From contig OX597829.1 of NCBI GenBank assembly GCA_951406725.2, forward strand, positions 28,954,001-29,018,000: DNA of 64,000 bases, given 5' to 3'. A program made the translations under genes and the position numbers. The stretch's first letter is position 1. Every line of letters begins with the position of its first letter. This document shows, piece after piece, positions 25,716-38,289 of the stretch. The DNA comes from Octopus vulgaris (lineage: Eukaryota). Below the pieces are notes generated by a model. It was not told the origin of the DNA, searched no databases, and was given only the letters and a program-made list of their open reading frames with translations.

Positions 25716-26450
25716 TTAATCCCCTTGATACCAACCTGCTTCAGACTGCCCTTGGCTCTATGCTATAAATTCCCTATTTTAATGTGAACTAAATTCAAAT
25801 CTATCAAAATTCCATGTTAATTTATGTCCCAAACGCTAGCTTATAAATGACAGTTATTTCACTAAATTTCTGGTTATTTTCAAAATTGATTAAAACAAAG
25901 GTAGTACTGTGTGGCACCTTGGACAAAGTGTCTTCTACTATAGCCTAGGGCCGACCAAAGCCTTGTGAGTGGATTTGGTAGACAGAAACTGGAAGAAGCC
26001 TGTCGTATATGTATATATATACGTGTGTGCGTGTGTGTGTGTGTGCTTGTGTGTCTGTGTTTGTCCCCCCGACATCACTTGACAACCAATGCTTATGTGT
26101 TTATGTCCCTGTAACTTACTGGTTCGGAAAAAGAGACTGATAGAATAAGTACCAGGCTTCCAAAGAATAAGTCCTGGGGTCGATTTGCTCAACTAAAGGC
26201 AATGCTCCAGCATGGCCACAGTCAAATGACTGAAAGAAGTAAAAGAGTAAAAAGAGAGTATATTTCAGCAGAAATATGGTAACAAAGGGGTTAAAGTGAT
26301 CTAAATTAAAACCTTCCCATCAAAATTTCCTCATTACTTATGTTCCAAACACCTGCTTATCAAAATTCTTCATTATTTTCAAAACCAATTGAAACGAAGG
26401 CAGTGTTTGGTTAACATATTTCAACAGAAATATGGTAACAAAAGTGTTAA
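25716..26450. mobile_element. piggyBac-like MITE (TTAA-bounded) with nested family A SINE at about 25910-26258
   Basis: TTAATCCCCTTGATACC ... GGTAACAAAAGTGTTAA imperfect TIRs. Related copies lie at about 7905-8710 and 29322-29683. Confidence 0.65.
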
Positions 26451-26909
26451 TGAAATACTTCCTATGTTATCTGCCGCATCTTCACCACTAAACACTCTCC
26501 ACCACCACATGCACACACACACACACGAACACACACATACACAGACACCATATGGTATTGATGAGTAACATTTTCCCAGTGGAGTTCAGCTACTTGGCAG
26601 TTATCATTCCAATCAGCAGATGTATATGTTTCTAGATTTGTGTGTGTGTGTGTGTTTCTTAGGGTTCTTTCATTTCATGGTTATTATCTTCCCTAATGAG
26701 TGCATATTGTGATTACGAGATGATCGCTGAAGGTTACTGATTGCTGAAGGATACTGATTCCCAGGTAGATTCCTTCTGGTAAACTTAAACTATGCAGGAA
26801 TCTGCAACAATTCTTCAGTTCTGTCCTCTATTGCTTTCACTTCGGAATAATTTACTAAGGTTTAAGGCAGTGAGCTGGCAGAATTGTTAATACAACAGGA
26901 ATAACATTT

Positions 26910-27335
26910 ATTCTTTTATTCTTTTATTTGTTTCAGTTATTTGACTGTGGCCATGCTGGAGCACCGCCTTTAGTCGAGCAAATCAACCACACAGCTTATT
27001 CTTTGTAAGCCAAGTATTTATTCTATCGGTCTCTTTTGCCGAACCGCTAAGTTACAGGGACATAAACACATAAGCATTGGTTGTCAAGTGATGTCGGAGG
27101 GTGGGGGACAAACACAGACACACAAGCACACACACACACACGCACACACATATATATATATATACATATACGACAGGCTTCTTCCAGTTTCTGTCTACCA
27201 AATCCACTCACAAGGCTTTGGTCGGCCCGAGGCTATAGTAGAAGACACTTGCCGAAGGTGCCATGCAGTAGGACTGAACCCGGGACCATGTAGTTTGTAA
27301 GCAAGCTATTTACCACACAACCACTCCTGCGCCTA
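26910..27335 (-). mobile_element. SINE family A nested in a family B SINE (26864-27500, +)
   Basis: The family B head lies before the insertion and its core resumes after it. Confidence 0.85.
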
Positions 27336-27883
27336 TTTAGCAATATTTCAGCCATCTTTACATTTTGTGTTAAAATGCTATCGATGTCGACTCTGCCTTT
27401 CATATGTTTGAGAGTCGATAAAATAAGTACGAGTTGAGTACCAGGGTCAATGTAATCAAATTACCCTACTCCTGAAATTGCTGGCCTTGGGCCAAAATAT
27501 AAAGATAATAATTGCAAAAGTTCTTTAGAATCAAAAACATCAGAGATCTGATTCTTTCCTGCCACCTACAGATTTGTAGTGTGTGTATGTGTGTGTATGT
27601 GTGTGTGTGTGCGCGTGTGTGTGTGTGTGCATAGGTTGAGTATGTATTTGAATTTGTATTGATATTGTGTATGTGCGTGCATGTGTGTATATGGGGGGGG
27701 GGGTTAGATGTGTATGAATGCATGGAAGTGTATGTATGTGTGGATGTGTGGGTGTGTATGGGTGGAGGTGTGTGCATGTGTATGCATGTTTTGTGTATGT
27801 GTGTGAATATGTATGAATGTGTATCAGTCTGGTGAATGGAAAGTATAAATATGCAAGGGTATATATATATATATATATATATA

Positions 27884-28236
27884 TTGCTTGCGAAGACCTG
27901 TTGGGGCAAGTGAAATCGGAATCGAAATTGAACCAATCCTATGACTGGCACCCAGCAGATGCCAGGACCCCTGGACTGGAGATACGTAAAAAGCACTATC
28001 CAAATCGTGGCTGATGCCAGCGCCGCCTCGCCTGGCACCAGTGGAGGTGGCACGTAAAAAGCACCCACTACACTCACGGAGTGGTTGGCGTTAGGAAGGG
28101 CATCCAGCTGTAGAAACATTGCCAGATAAGACCGGAGCCTGGTGCAGCCTTCTGGCTTCCCAGATCCCCAGTCGAACCGTCCAACCCATGCTAGCATGGA
28201 GAATGGACGTTAAACGATGATGATGATGATGATGAT
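27884..28236 (+). mobile_element. RTE 3' tail
   Basis: Near reverse complement of 7104-7497. Ends in (GAT)n. Confidence 0.88.
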
Positions 28237-28237
28237 A

Positions 28238-28650
28238 GCAGGAGTGGCTGTGTGGTAAGTAGCTTGCTTACCAACCACATGGTTCCAGGTTCGGTCCCAC
28301 TGTGTGGAACCTTGGGCAAGTGTCTTCTACTATAGCCTCAGGCCGACCAAACCTTGTGAGTGGATTTGGTAGACAGAAACTGAAAGAAGCCCGTTGTATA
28401 TATATATATATATATATATATGCGTGTGTGTGTGTTTGTGTGTCTGTGTTTGTCCCCCTAGCCTTGCTTGACAACCGATGCTGGTGTGTTTATGTCCCTG
28501 TAACTTAGCGGTTCGGCAAAAGAGACCGATAGAATAAGTACTGGGCTTACAAAAGAATAAGTCCCGGGGTCGAGTTGCTCGATTAAAGGCGGTGCTCCAG
28601 CATGGCCGCAGTCAAGTGACTGAAATAAGTAAAAGAGTAAAAGAGTAAAA

Positions 28651-28653
<3 letters not shown>
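28238..28653 (+). mobile_element. SINE family A, young full-length copy
   Basis: Matches the consensus with CpGs intact and a (GTAAAAGA)3 tail. Confidence 0.92.
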
Positions 28654-28697
<44 letters not shown>

Positions 28698-30081
28698 AGA
28701 ATGAATGTATGGTATGTGTGTGTGCATGTGTGTGTATGTGTGAGTGTGTGTGCATTGGATGTATTTGTACATGTGTGTGCATTAGAGTTTATATTTGCAT
28801 GAAAGTGAATATGTGAGAAAATGTGAATGTGTGTGTGTGTGGATGGCTAGTTGTATGTGTATGAGTTTGTGTGTGTGTTTGTGTGTGTGATTGTGTGCGT
28901 GTGTGTGTGTTTGTGCGTGTGATTGTGTGTGTGTGTGTGTGTGTGTGTGTTTTGTGCATGTGATTGAGTGTGTGTGTGTGTGTGTGTAGGCCTATGTTTA
29001 TGTCTGTGTATATCTCTGTGTTGGTATATGCATTATATATACTTGTACACCTGTGTATGTATATGTGTATGTATATTATTTATGTACATCTTATTTTAAT
29101 AGCTTAATCAGAACAGGAAAGGGAATGCCATCATGACCCTTTACAGAGCCTCCAAGAATGGTGGGAAGGAGAGAGAGGTAGGGACAAGGGGAAGTGGCCA
29201 TCAAACCAAAGACCTAGACTAAATGTTTGTAGCAGAGTGGATTCCCACTAAAGACCCTCAAGGACCAGGTGGTGGTAGTGGTGGCAGTGGCAGTGATGGT
29301 GGTACTATAGTCAACAACAGATAAACTCTTTTGATACCAACCCACATGAGACCACCCCTGGTTCTGTGATATAAACTTCCGGCTTTAAAGCAATTAAATT
29401 AAAACTTTTTATGTATCAAACCCTGCTTAATAATCACAAAGTTATTTTAGTAAATTCTTGATTATTTTCAAAATTATGATTGGAAAAAAATATTTCAGCA
29501 GAAAGAAGGTAACAAAAAGGTTAAAGTGAACTAATTCAAAATCCATATCATCAAAGTTTCAGGTTAATTTATGTATCAAATACCTGCTTAATAGTGAAAG
29601 AGTTATTTTAATAAACTCTTCGTTATTTCCAGAATTACGTAAAATAAAGGAAGAAGACTGAAATACTGTAACAGAAGCGTTAAGCCTACCACTCCAAAGC
29701 AGAAATGGCAGTTCTTCCAAAAGACTTCTTATACAGTTCCCATCTACCAAATTTCAATGACAAGGCTTTGGCCAGACCATACATATGGTAGAAGAAACTT
29801 GTCTAAGTAAGACACAGTGCTGTGGAATTGAACTCAGAATGGATGCCGCTGTTTCTGCGAAACAAAACTTTTGATCACATCTTCATACCCCCAACCAATT
29901 CACTGGATCTGAAAAATATGCTTTGGATTTGAACTGACGACCTAATCTACAAGGTGGTACTGTAATATCTAGCGCAGTTGGCTCATTTGACAAGAGTCTT
30001 TTACATTAGCACCGGGACAATCAAAGCCTTGAAAGTGGTTTAAGTAGGCAGAAACTCAAACAAGTCTGTTGTGTGTTTGTA

Positions 30082-30286
30082 TACTCTTTTACTTGTTTCA
30101 GTCATTTGACTGCGGCCATGCTGGAGCACCGCTTTTAATCAAGCAACTCGACCCCCGGGACTTATTCTTTTTGTAAGCCCAGTACTTATTCTATTGGTCT
30201 CTTTTTGCCGAACTGCTAAGTAACGAGGACATAAACACACCGGCATCGGTTGTCAAGCAATGCTAGGGGGACAAACACACACATGC

Positions 30287-30317
<31 letters not shown>

Positions 30318-30498
30318 TACGATGGGCTTCTTTCAGTTTCCGTCTACCAAATCCACTCACAAGGCTTTGGTCGGCCTGAGGCTATAGTAGAAGACACTTG
30401 CCCAAGGTGCCACGCAGTGGGACTGAACCCGGAACTATGTGGTTGGTAAACAAGCTACTTACCACACAGCCACTCCTGCGCCTATGTATATATGTATG

Positions 30499-30531
<33 letters not shown>

Positions 30532-30902
30532 TTTCTTTGATTCTTTTACTTGTTTCAATCATTTGACTGTGGCCATGCTGGAGCACTGTCTTTAGTTGAA
30601 CAAAATGACCCCGGGACTTATTCTTTGAATGGCTAATACTTATACTATTGATCTCTTTTGCCGAACCGCTAAGTGACGGGTACATAAACACACCAATATT
30701 GGTTGTCAAGCAAAGGTGCTGGGGACAAACACAAACACACAAACACACACACATACAACAGGCTTCTTTCAGTTTCCGCCTACCAAATCCACTCACAAGG
30801 CTTTGGTTGGCCCGAGGCTATAGTAGAAGACACTTGCCCAAGGTGCTACGCAGTGGGACTGAACCTGCAACCATATGGTTGGGAAGTAAGCTACTTACCA
30901 CA
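30082..30902 (-). mobile_element. Two adjacent family A SINEs (30082-30485 and 30540-30902)
   Basis: Both match the family consensus. Confidence 0.9.
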
Positions 30903-31218
30903 TATTTCATATATGTGTAAGTGTATGAGTGTGTATATACATATATATATATGTATGTATGTATGTATGCAATAAAGTATGACACAGTTGAAATCACCTC
31001 AAAATACATAACTCAACATAACTTTGTCTGTAGCTTATCAATATGATTGAAATGTTCACTGCATATGTACCTGTCTAAGATCTTTCAGTGAACCAAGTTT
31101 CATGCTTGTACAATGTTTAATATTCAAAATTCCAACGAAAATTTGAGCTGCAATAAAGCATGATATGCAGTTTAGATATATACATACATATTTAAATACT
31201 TCTATATATCTGTATGTG

Positions 31219-31250
<32 letters not shown>

Positions 31251-31559
31251 CATACATATATCATATACACAAGTATGTATGTATAAATATATATCTATCT
31301 ATCTATACATATATATATAAATACATATATACACACACACACATATATACATACATATATATATATATATATATACATCCTGTTCATGCTATTGTATTTG
31401 CATTATCATGTGTTTGAGAATAAATTATTTCTGTATCTCTGAATACATCTCAATACTTCTAAAGCAAACTTTGTTTACTTTCATAGTAAATTGAATTTAA
31501 TGTTAGCATTTTATAAAGCTAGATTTATAAATCCTAAAATTACAGAACAATTCATTACT

Positions 31560-31647
31560 GGGCAGTTTATCTTAAAGGTAAAGCACTTGATGCGTAATCG
31601 CAGGGATGTGAATTCAAGTCACATGGCTGGCCGGTAATGATTTTTTT
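31560..31647 (+). pseudogene. Degenerate tRNA-like sequence (Thr(CGT)-like) followed by T7
   Basis: GGGCAGT/GCTGGCC acceptor-like stem, D-arm-like TATCTTAAAGGTAAAGCA, loop containing CGTAA, T-arm-like TGAATTCAAGTCAC, then TTTTTTT. Confidence 0.5.
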
Positions 31648-31742
31648 CTGCAATATATGGATAGTTTATCCTGTTCATGCTATTGTATTAGCATCATCAT
31701 GTGTTTGAGAATAAATTATTCCTGTATCTCTCATATATATAT

Positions 31743-31797
<55 letters not shown>

Positions 31798-32240
31798 TTA
31801 ATAAAATAATAAATATGCATATATACATACATATATGTACGTACCTACATCGATATGTATATATACATGCATATATGGGTACAGGACACCAAAATGACGT
31901 CGAACACAATGAAAAATGTAAACATAAAAACAAAACCATGGAAACGGACATTTTTTTAAACAATGAAAAAACAGGGTACAAGACATACAACACAGGGAAA
32001 ATTCCCCTTCTTCAGCCGCCTCTGTTTCGTCCACTCCATATATATATAATTACATATGTATATATATATTTCATTTTTGGTTTGCAAAATATTTTATGTG
32101 AGTTCGTATGTTGAAGCATATTCTGTTGTGTCTCGGGAGAGTCATTCTCTTTTAGTGCCTTACAATTTAACACACTCTCTGGTAAAATTTCCTCTCATTT
32201 CCTTCTTTATTTTTCTAAAATTTTCGTTGTGTTTTGCAAT

Positions 32241-32662
32241 CAGGCGTAGGAGTGGCTGTGTGGTAAGTAGCTTGCTTACCAACCACATGGTTCCGGGTTC
32301 AGTCACACTGCGTGGCATCTTGGGTAAGTGTCGTCTACTATAGCCTCAGGCCGACCAAAGCCTTGTGAGTGGATTTGGTAGACGGAAACTGAAAGAAGCC
32401 CGTCGTATATATGTATATATATATATATATGTGTGTGTGTATGTTTGTGTGTTTGTGTTTGTCCACTAGCATTGCTTGACAACCGATGCTGGTGTGTTTA
32501 CGTCGCCGTCACTTAGCAGTTTGGCAAAAGAGACCGATAGAATAAGTACTGGGCTTACAAGGTATAAGTCCCAGGGTCGATTTGCTCGACTAAAGGCGGG
32601 TGCTCCAGCATGGCCGCAGTCAAATGACTGAAACAAGTAAAAGAGTAAAAGAGTAAAAGAGA
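32241..32662 (+). mobile_element. SINE family A, full length
   Basis: Matches the family consensus. Confidence 0.92.
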
Positions 32663-33249
32663 GTTGTTGACTCTGTCTATTATTCACATTGCACTCTTTT
32701 TGTTTGTTTATGTGCACGTGTGTGTGCATACACATGTATGTATGTATGCATGCATTATGTGTATGTGTGCATATGTATATATGTATGTTCATTTGCATGT
32801 ATGTATTCTGCATATTCATGTGTTTCTGTGTCCATGTTTGTGTGTGTGTATGTGTGTTTGCATGTGTGTATGTGTGTGTGTGTATCTCTGTCTCCTTGTG
32901 TGTGTATGTGTGTATGGGTGTTTTGCAACTATGTACTGTGTTTGTATGTATGAATGTGTATCTCCATATGTGTGGATGTGTGGATGTGTGTCTCCATATG
33001 TGTCCTTGTGTAAAGTGAAGTGTGTGTGTGTATATGGTCATGTGTTTCAGTCTTCAATTGTGTATGTGTGGTTGTCTGTTCAAATAACCTATGTACCTGT
33101 CCGTCTGTATGTTAATCTGTTTACTTTCATATCCATATGCCTACATACATGTGCATACACATATACACACACCCACATCTATCTACATAACAGCCCACTA
33201 ACTATTCTACTCTACCTGTATAAACTGTGGGTATGATCTCTACTACGTA

Positions 33250-33830
33250 TATTTCCTATTTAGTATTGGGAAATTTTCATTTATGAGGATGTATTCCTGT
33301 ATTTGTCTGAGTGTTGGGTCCTTTGGGTGCTTGGATAAGATGCAGATGTCAAGTTGACCTAGGTTGCCTCCACGTTGGTAGGGTGTGTTTTTTGTCGTCA
33401 TATTGTCTCAAATGTTCATTTAGTCATTCTGCAATGCTCCTAGATGTCTCCCCTATATATGTCATGTTCATATCTTTACAAGCACCTTCTATGCATCTTA
33501 TGCTGTAAACTACATTTCGAGTTCTACAGTTAATGCCAGGGCTAATCTCACATGCCATGCAGTTATCATTGGTGCATATGGTATTCTCAAAAGGGTACAT
33601 CGTACATAGTTGTGATCTGATGGAATTCCCTGGCTTTTCAACAATCTTTATGTTGAGTTTGATCTCCTTTGCAGCTTTCCTAAATCTACAGGCTAGTTCT
33701 CCATTGGCTGTGGCCTCTACAAACATTACTCCTTGATATTTGTTGGTTTTATACCACACGTTCACCTTGTTTGCTTTGTCACAAGTTCTTTGTATCCTAT
33801 TCCAGTCTTTGTTTCTATATCTAGGGCAGG
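33250..33830 (-). mobile_element. Penelope-like retroelement GIY-YIG endonuclease remnant
   Basis: VMFVEATANGELA...KIVEKPG...CTNDNCMAC...NCRTRNVVYSIRC...C...YIGETSRSIAE*LNEH. This is the VVY-YIG motif with an upstream Cys cluster and an in-frame stop. Confidence 0.92.
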
Positions 33831-34056
33831 TACCACTGATATCATTACATATAATGTTATCTAAATAGATAACATTATATGTAATGACCCACACACATGT
33901 GCACAAACAAACAAAACAGAGTCAATAACTATTGAAAAGGTTGCAGGATGCAATGAAAATTTTAGAAAAATAAAGAAGGAAATGAGTAGAAATTTTACCA
34001 GTGAGTGTATTAAATTATAAGGCACTAAAAGAGAATGACTCTCCCCAGACATAACA

Positions 34057-34102
<46 letters not shown>

Positions 34103-34109
34103 TATATTC

Positions 34110-34897
34110 TCTATATATAAAACTGAAATGCGTTTTTACCGCTTGGATCGCTTTCAAGGCCACTACATCCCGTCCGATTCACTCCAAAATTTACAGGGAC
34201 TTGTAAAATGAGGTGACGATGCCCGTGGGCTACCTTAGAAATCCCTATCTTAAAAGGTGTCGTTGCTAGGGCCAAAAACCCACTTTGACAAGTCCAGTGC
34301 CGTTCTTTAATGTATCTGTCTTCCTCAACTCACTCTCGCTATTTCCTCTCTTCCCAGCACTTTTTCACTCACTCTATTTCATACATTCCCATTACTTTCA
34401 CTTCCTCAAACGGCTTTCTTTTATGTATCTGTCTGCATTCATAGAGAGAATTACCATTGCCACCACCAACACACAATCATGACAACAAATATTATGAATC
34501 TCGCCATCCATTCTATTGTCTGCCTGTCAACGCGCCGATCGAGCAAATACAAACTGAACACACCAACGAGCGTTCGTGTTCTGGTGATAACATAGGTTTT
34601 TCGTATCTATTACATTTTAACATTTATTTAGAACCCTGCAAATTTTTCATGCTAAATTTTCATTTTTTACTACTTTATTATTTTTTCTTAAATTGATGCT
34701 TTTATTAAAATTAATTCTAATTGTCTGGGTCAACAGTTCGTTTCCTCGGAGGATATGGAAATTCCTATTACCCGTCAGAGAAATAACTCCAGCAGCTCAC
34801 AACTATTTCAACAAAGACAAGGTTACCTGCTTACCAGTCGAATTCAGCGTCAACGCTCACGTATGAGAGACACTCCAACACACACACACACACACAG

Positions 34898-34948
<51 letters not shown>

Positions 34949-36137
34949 GTGTGCATTATGTGGTCGGTCGGTTCAGCTGAAAAAATGCAGACCTATGTTA
35001 AAAGTGCTGGCAGTTTGCATGACAACTATTTTCTTTCCTCAAATGAAACGTGTGACCTCTAGGACAAAATTCCTCATCTTATAAAATGTGGCCCCAGTAC
35101 ACCCGAATGAAATTGGGTTATATTAACCAAAATGTGAAAAGGGGTCTAAATGGCGCTGGAAGGGGATTAAAATTTAAAGGAGTGGGTGTTTAGGAATTCT
35201 CTGTTACATCAAGCTAAAAAATTTGCGCCAGCCTTTTAATCGTCAATGTGTTGCCGTCCATGATGAAGAAGTTTTGAATGCTTGCCATGGTGAGTCTACT
35301 GTCGTGAGAAAGAATCACTTCAAAACTTGGTGTTTAGGGATTTTCTTTTACATCAACTTCAAAATTTTACGCCAGCCGTTAAACTGTCAAAACGTTGCTG
35401 TCCGTCGTTAAGAAATGCCAGCCATGGTGACTCTACTATCCTCACATTCTATCCCTTCAAACTTTGGTTTCCAATATTTTATTATTTCTATTCAGCTCGC
35501 AAGTTCGTCTGTCCCTTTTAAATGTCAGTGTTTTGCTGTCTGCCTTGAAGCAGACCTTTCCGTTGTTACTGCCTGATATTTATGATTGATCTTTCTAAAT
35601 ATTTTATTTCTCAACTTACTCAAGATCTTTTGTTGTTTATAAATGGGAGAGAGAAAGATAAAGATAGAGAGTAAGAGAAAGCGAGGGAGAGTCCGAGAGA
35701 AAGAAAGAGTAAGAGAGTGGGGAAAGTGAGAGAGAAAGGAGAGAGAAACAAAGAGGGACAATCATCATCATCATCATCGTTTAACGTCCGTTTTCCGTGC
35801 TAGCACGGGTTGGACAATTTGACCGGGGTCTGGGAAGCCAGGAGGCTGCACAATGCTCCAGTCTGATCTGGCAGTGTTTCTACAGGTGGATGACCTTCCT
35901 AACGCCAACCACTCTGTGAGTGTAGTGGGTGCTTTTTCGTGCCGCCGGCACAGGTGCCAGGGGGGCTGGCAGCAGCCACGATCGGTTGGTGCTTTTTACG
36001 TGCCACCGGCACAGAAGCCAGTCAAGGCGATGCTGCAATCGGCCACATCGGATGGTGCTTTTTACGTGCTGAAAGGAAGCAACAGAAAGTAACAACCACA
36101 CTCTTACCCGCGCGTAGAGCGGGTCACCTTCAGCTAG
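34110..36137 (+). mobile_element. Non-autonomous Helitron, containing an RTE tail (35761-36070, -)
   Basis: 5' TCTATATATAAAA. 3' hairpin ACCCGC-gcgtaga-GCGGGT at 36106-36124, followed by CTAG|T at 36134-36138. That both ends belong to one element is inferred. Confidence 0.75.
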
Positions 36138-36191
36138 TATATATAAATATATATGTATGTATATACATATAATGTGTGTGTGTGTATATAT

Positions 36192-36226
<35 letters not shown>

Positions 36227-37678
36227 CATATATATACATGTAATAAGCCTCAAAATTATGTGAATAAGAAGCAAATAGGTAACAAGCATGTCAAGATATT
36301 AATGCAAAACAGTGGCTCCATTTAATCTAACAATGCAAGCATTCCATCAATTTGAAATACAGCGCCATCTTCAGTTGCAATATACAAATTTTCAACAGTC
36401 AGGGTATTATATTATACATTTTAGCAAATATTTCATTAGAGCTACAGAAGGAAGGAATTCCATGCTACTACTAATGTGGCAGAATAAGCTTAAAGAGAAA
36501 CAACTACAATTTTGGAATGGCAGAAGTGGAAACACTGAGGGAGTCATGAGATTGGTAATTTAGCTAGAATTTTTATCTATCCTGTTATCATCATTAAAAG
36601 ATCTAATGCAGCTAGTATTAAGACACTAGGAGTTAAATTCTAGTTGCTGGTCATAAATTGATATTGTTTATTTATTCTCCTAAATCCTAATTTCCTATGG
36701 CTATATTCACTTGACCACATAAAAAAACAAATCTCAGAGGAAATTATTTAGATAGTGGCAAATGCCCAGAGAAATAGGTAGGGTGGGGGGTGACATAAAT
36801 TTTTTATTCCATTTGATGTTGGGGAAGTTGTTCCAGTGGTCACAGAGTCTCCAGATGAGTTGGGACAGTGAAGTGGAGTTTTTTCTACCCTTGCTCCTGA
36901 AGGAGTTTATATGCTGTGTATACCTTCCCTTACATACATACAAACAAACATGTATGTATGCATACATGCATACATACATGTATGTATGTACATGTGTCTG
37001 AATTACACAACCTTGTATCACTCAGCTCCATTACTTATCTCTATCATTCATGCTGCCTGCATAAAGAGTGATAGTATTGGACTTGACTATTACAAACACC
37101 CACACTACATTCCTTATTCATCAAGATACCAATGTATAAAAGGTTGTGTCAGATTTGTTTGTACCCAGGATCCACACTTTCTGTCTCTACACACCATTAT
37201 ATTTACTTTCTGTATCTACACACTACTACCCTAAATTTTCACTCCCTTTAGAAGTGAAGTAATAATTCATTTTTTATTATATGTACAAGGTCAGCAATTT
37301 TGTGGAGAGTTAGATGGTCAATTACATCAACCCCAGTGCTCAACTGGTACTTATTTTGGTTAACATTCTGTTTACCATTGTAAAAACATAAAGATAAATT
37401 GTCCTGGAAAATGAAAGCAAATTGTGATAGAAACTGGCAGTAATGACAGAATATACTTAGGTAACAAAGTGGGACTCTTTTACTTGTTTCAGTCATTTGA
37501 CTGCGGCCATGCTGGAGCACTGCCTTTAGTCGAGCAAATCGACCCCAAGACTTATTCTTTGTAAGTCTAGTACTTATTATATTAGTTTCTTTTGCCGAAC
37601 TAGGTTACAGGTATGTAAACACACCAGCATCGGTTGTCAATCGATGTTGGGGGGACAAACACAGACACACAAACATAT

Positions 37679-37728
<50 letters not shown>

Positions 37729-38289
37729 GAAAATGGGAATGAACCAACTAATGTGCTTCTCCATTTTCTTATTTGTAATATAAATTAATGGTAAAATATT
37801 TCTTTACCTTCACCCATTTAATACAATTAGTAAGTTTATTGCATTGCAATTAAAACACTGGTGTATTAATAATTGGGTATTATACCAACAGTATATTGGA
37901 TAAGTATTATCCCTTAGTGGGTTGGATCCACAACCCCTAACTTACTTGGTCTTATATACATATACATATATATATATATATATGATGGGCTTCTTTCAGT
38001 TTCTGTCTACCAAATCCACTCAAAAGGCTTTGGTCAGTAGAAGACACTTGCCCAAGGTGCCACGCAGTGTGACTGAACCTGGAACCATATGGTTCATAAA
38101 CAAGCTACTTACCACACAGCCACTCCTACGCCTAACAATGATTTATTTACAACATATTTTAATGAGCATGTGCAGCAAAACAAATTTAGAGATTGTGAAA
38201 AACTATTCACAAATCTCGTTTCATGCATCAATGACTGTCATGTTTCCCCATAAATATGATTGTTTTAATCTTATATAAAATATATGTTC

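Noticed and set aside
28080-28115. Twister-ribozyme-associated context (GGCGTTAGGAAGGGCATCC)
   Set aside because: No twister core (CCGGTCCCAAGCCCGG-like) is present upstream in any copy.
32466-33236. ~190-aa His/Thr- or Cys/Val-rich ORFs
   Set aside because: Degenerate TG/CA repeat, not coding.
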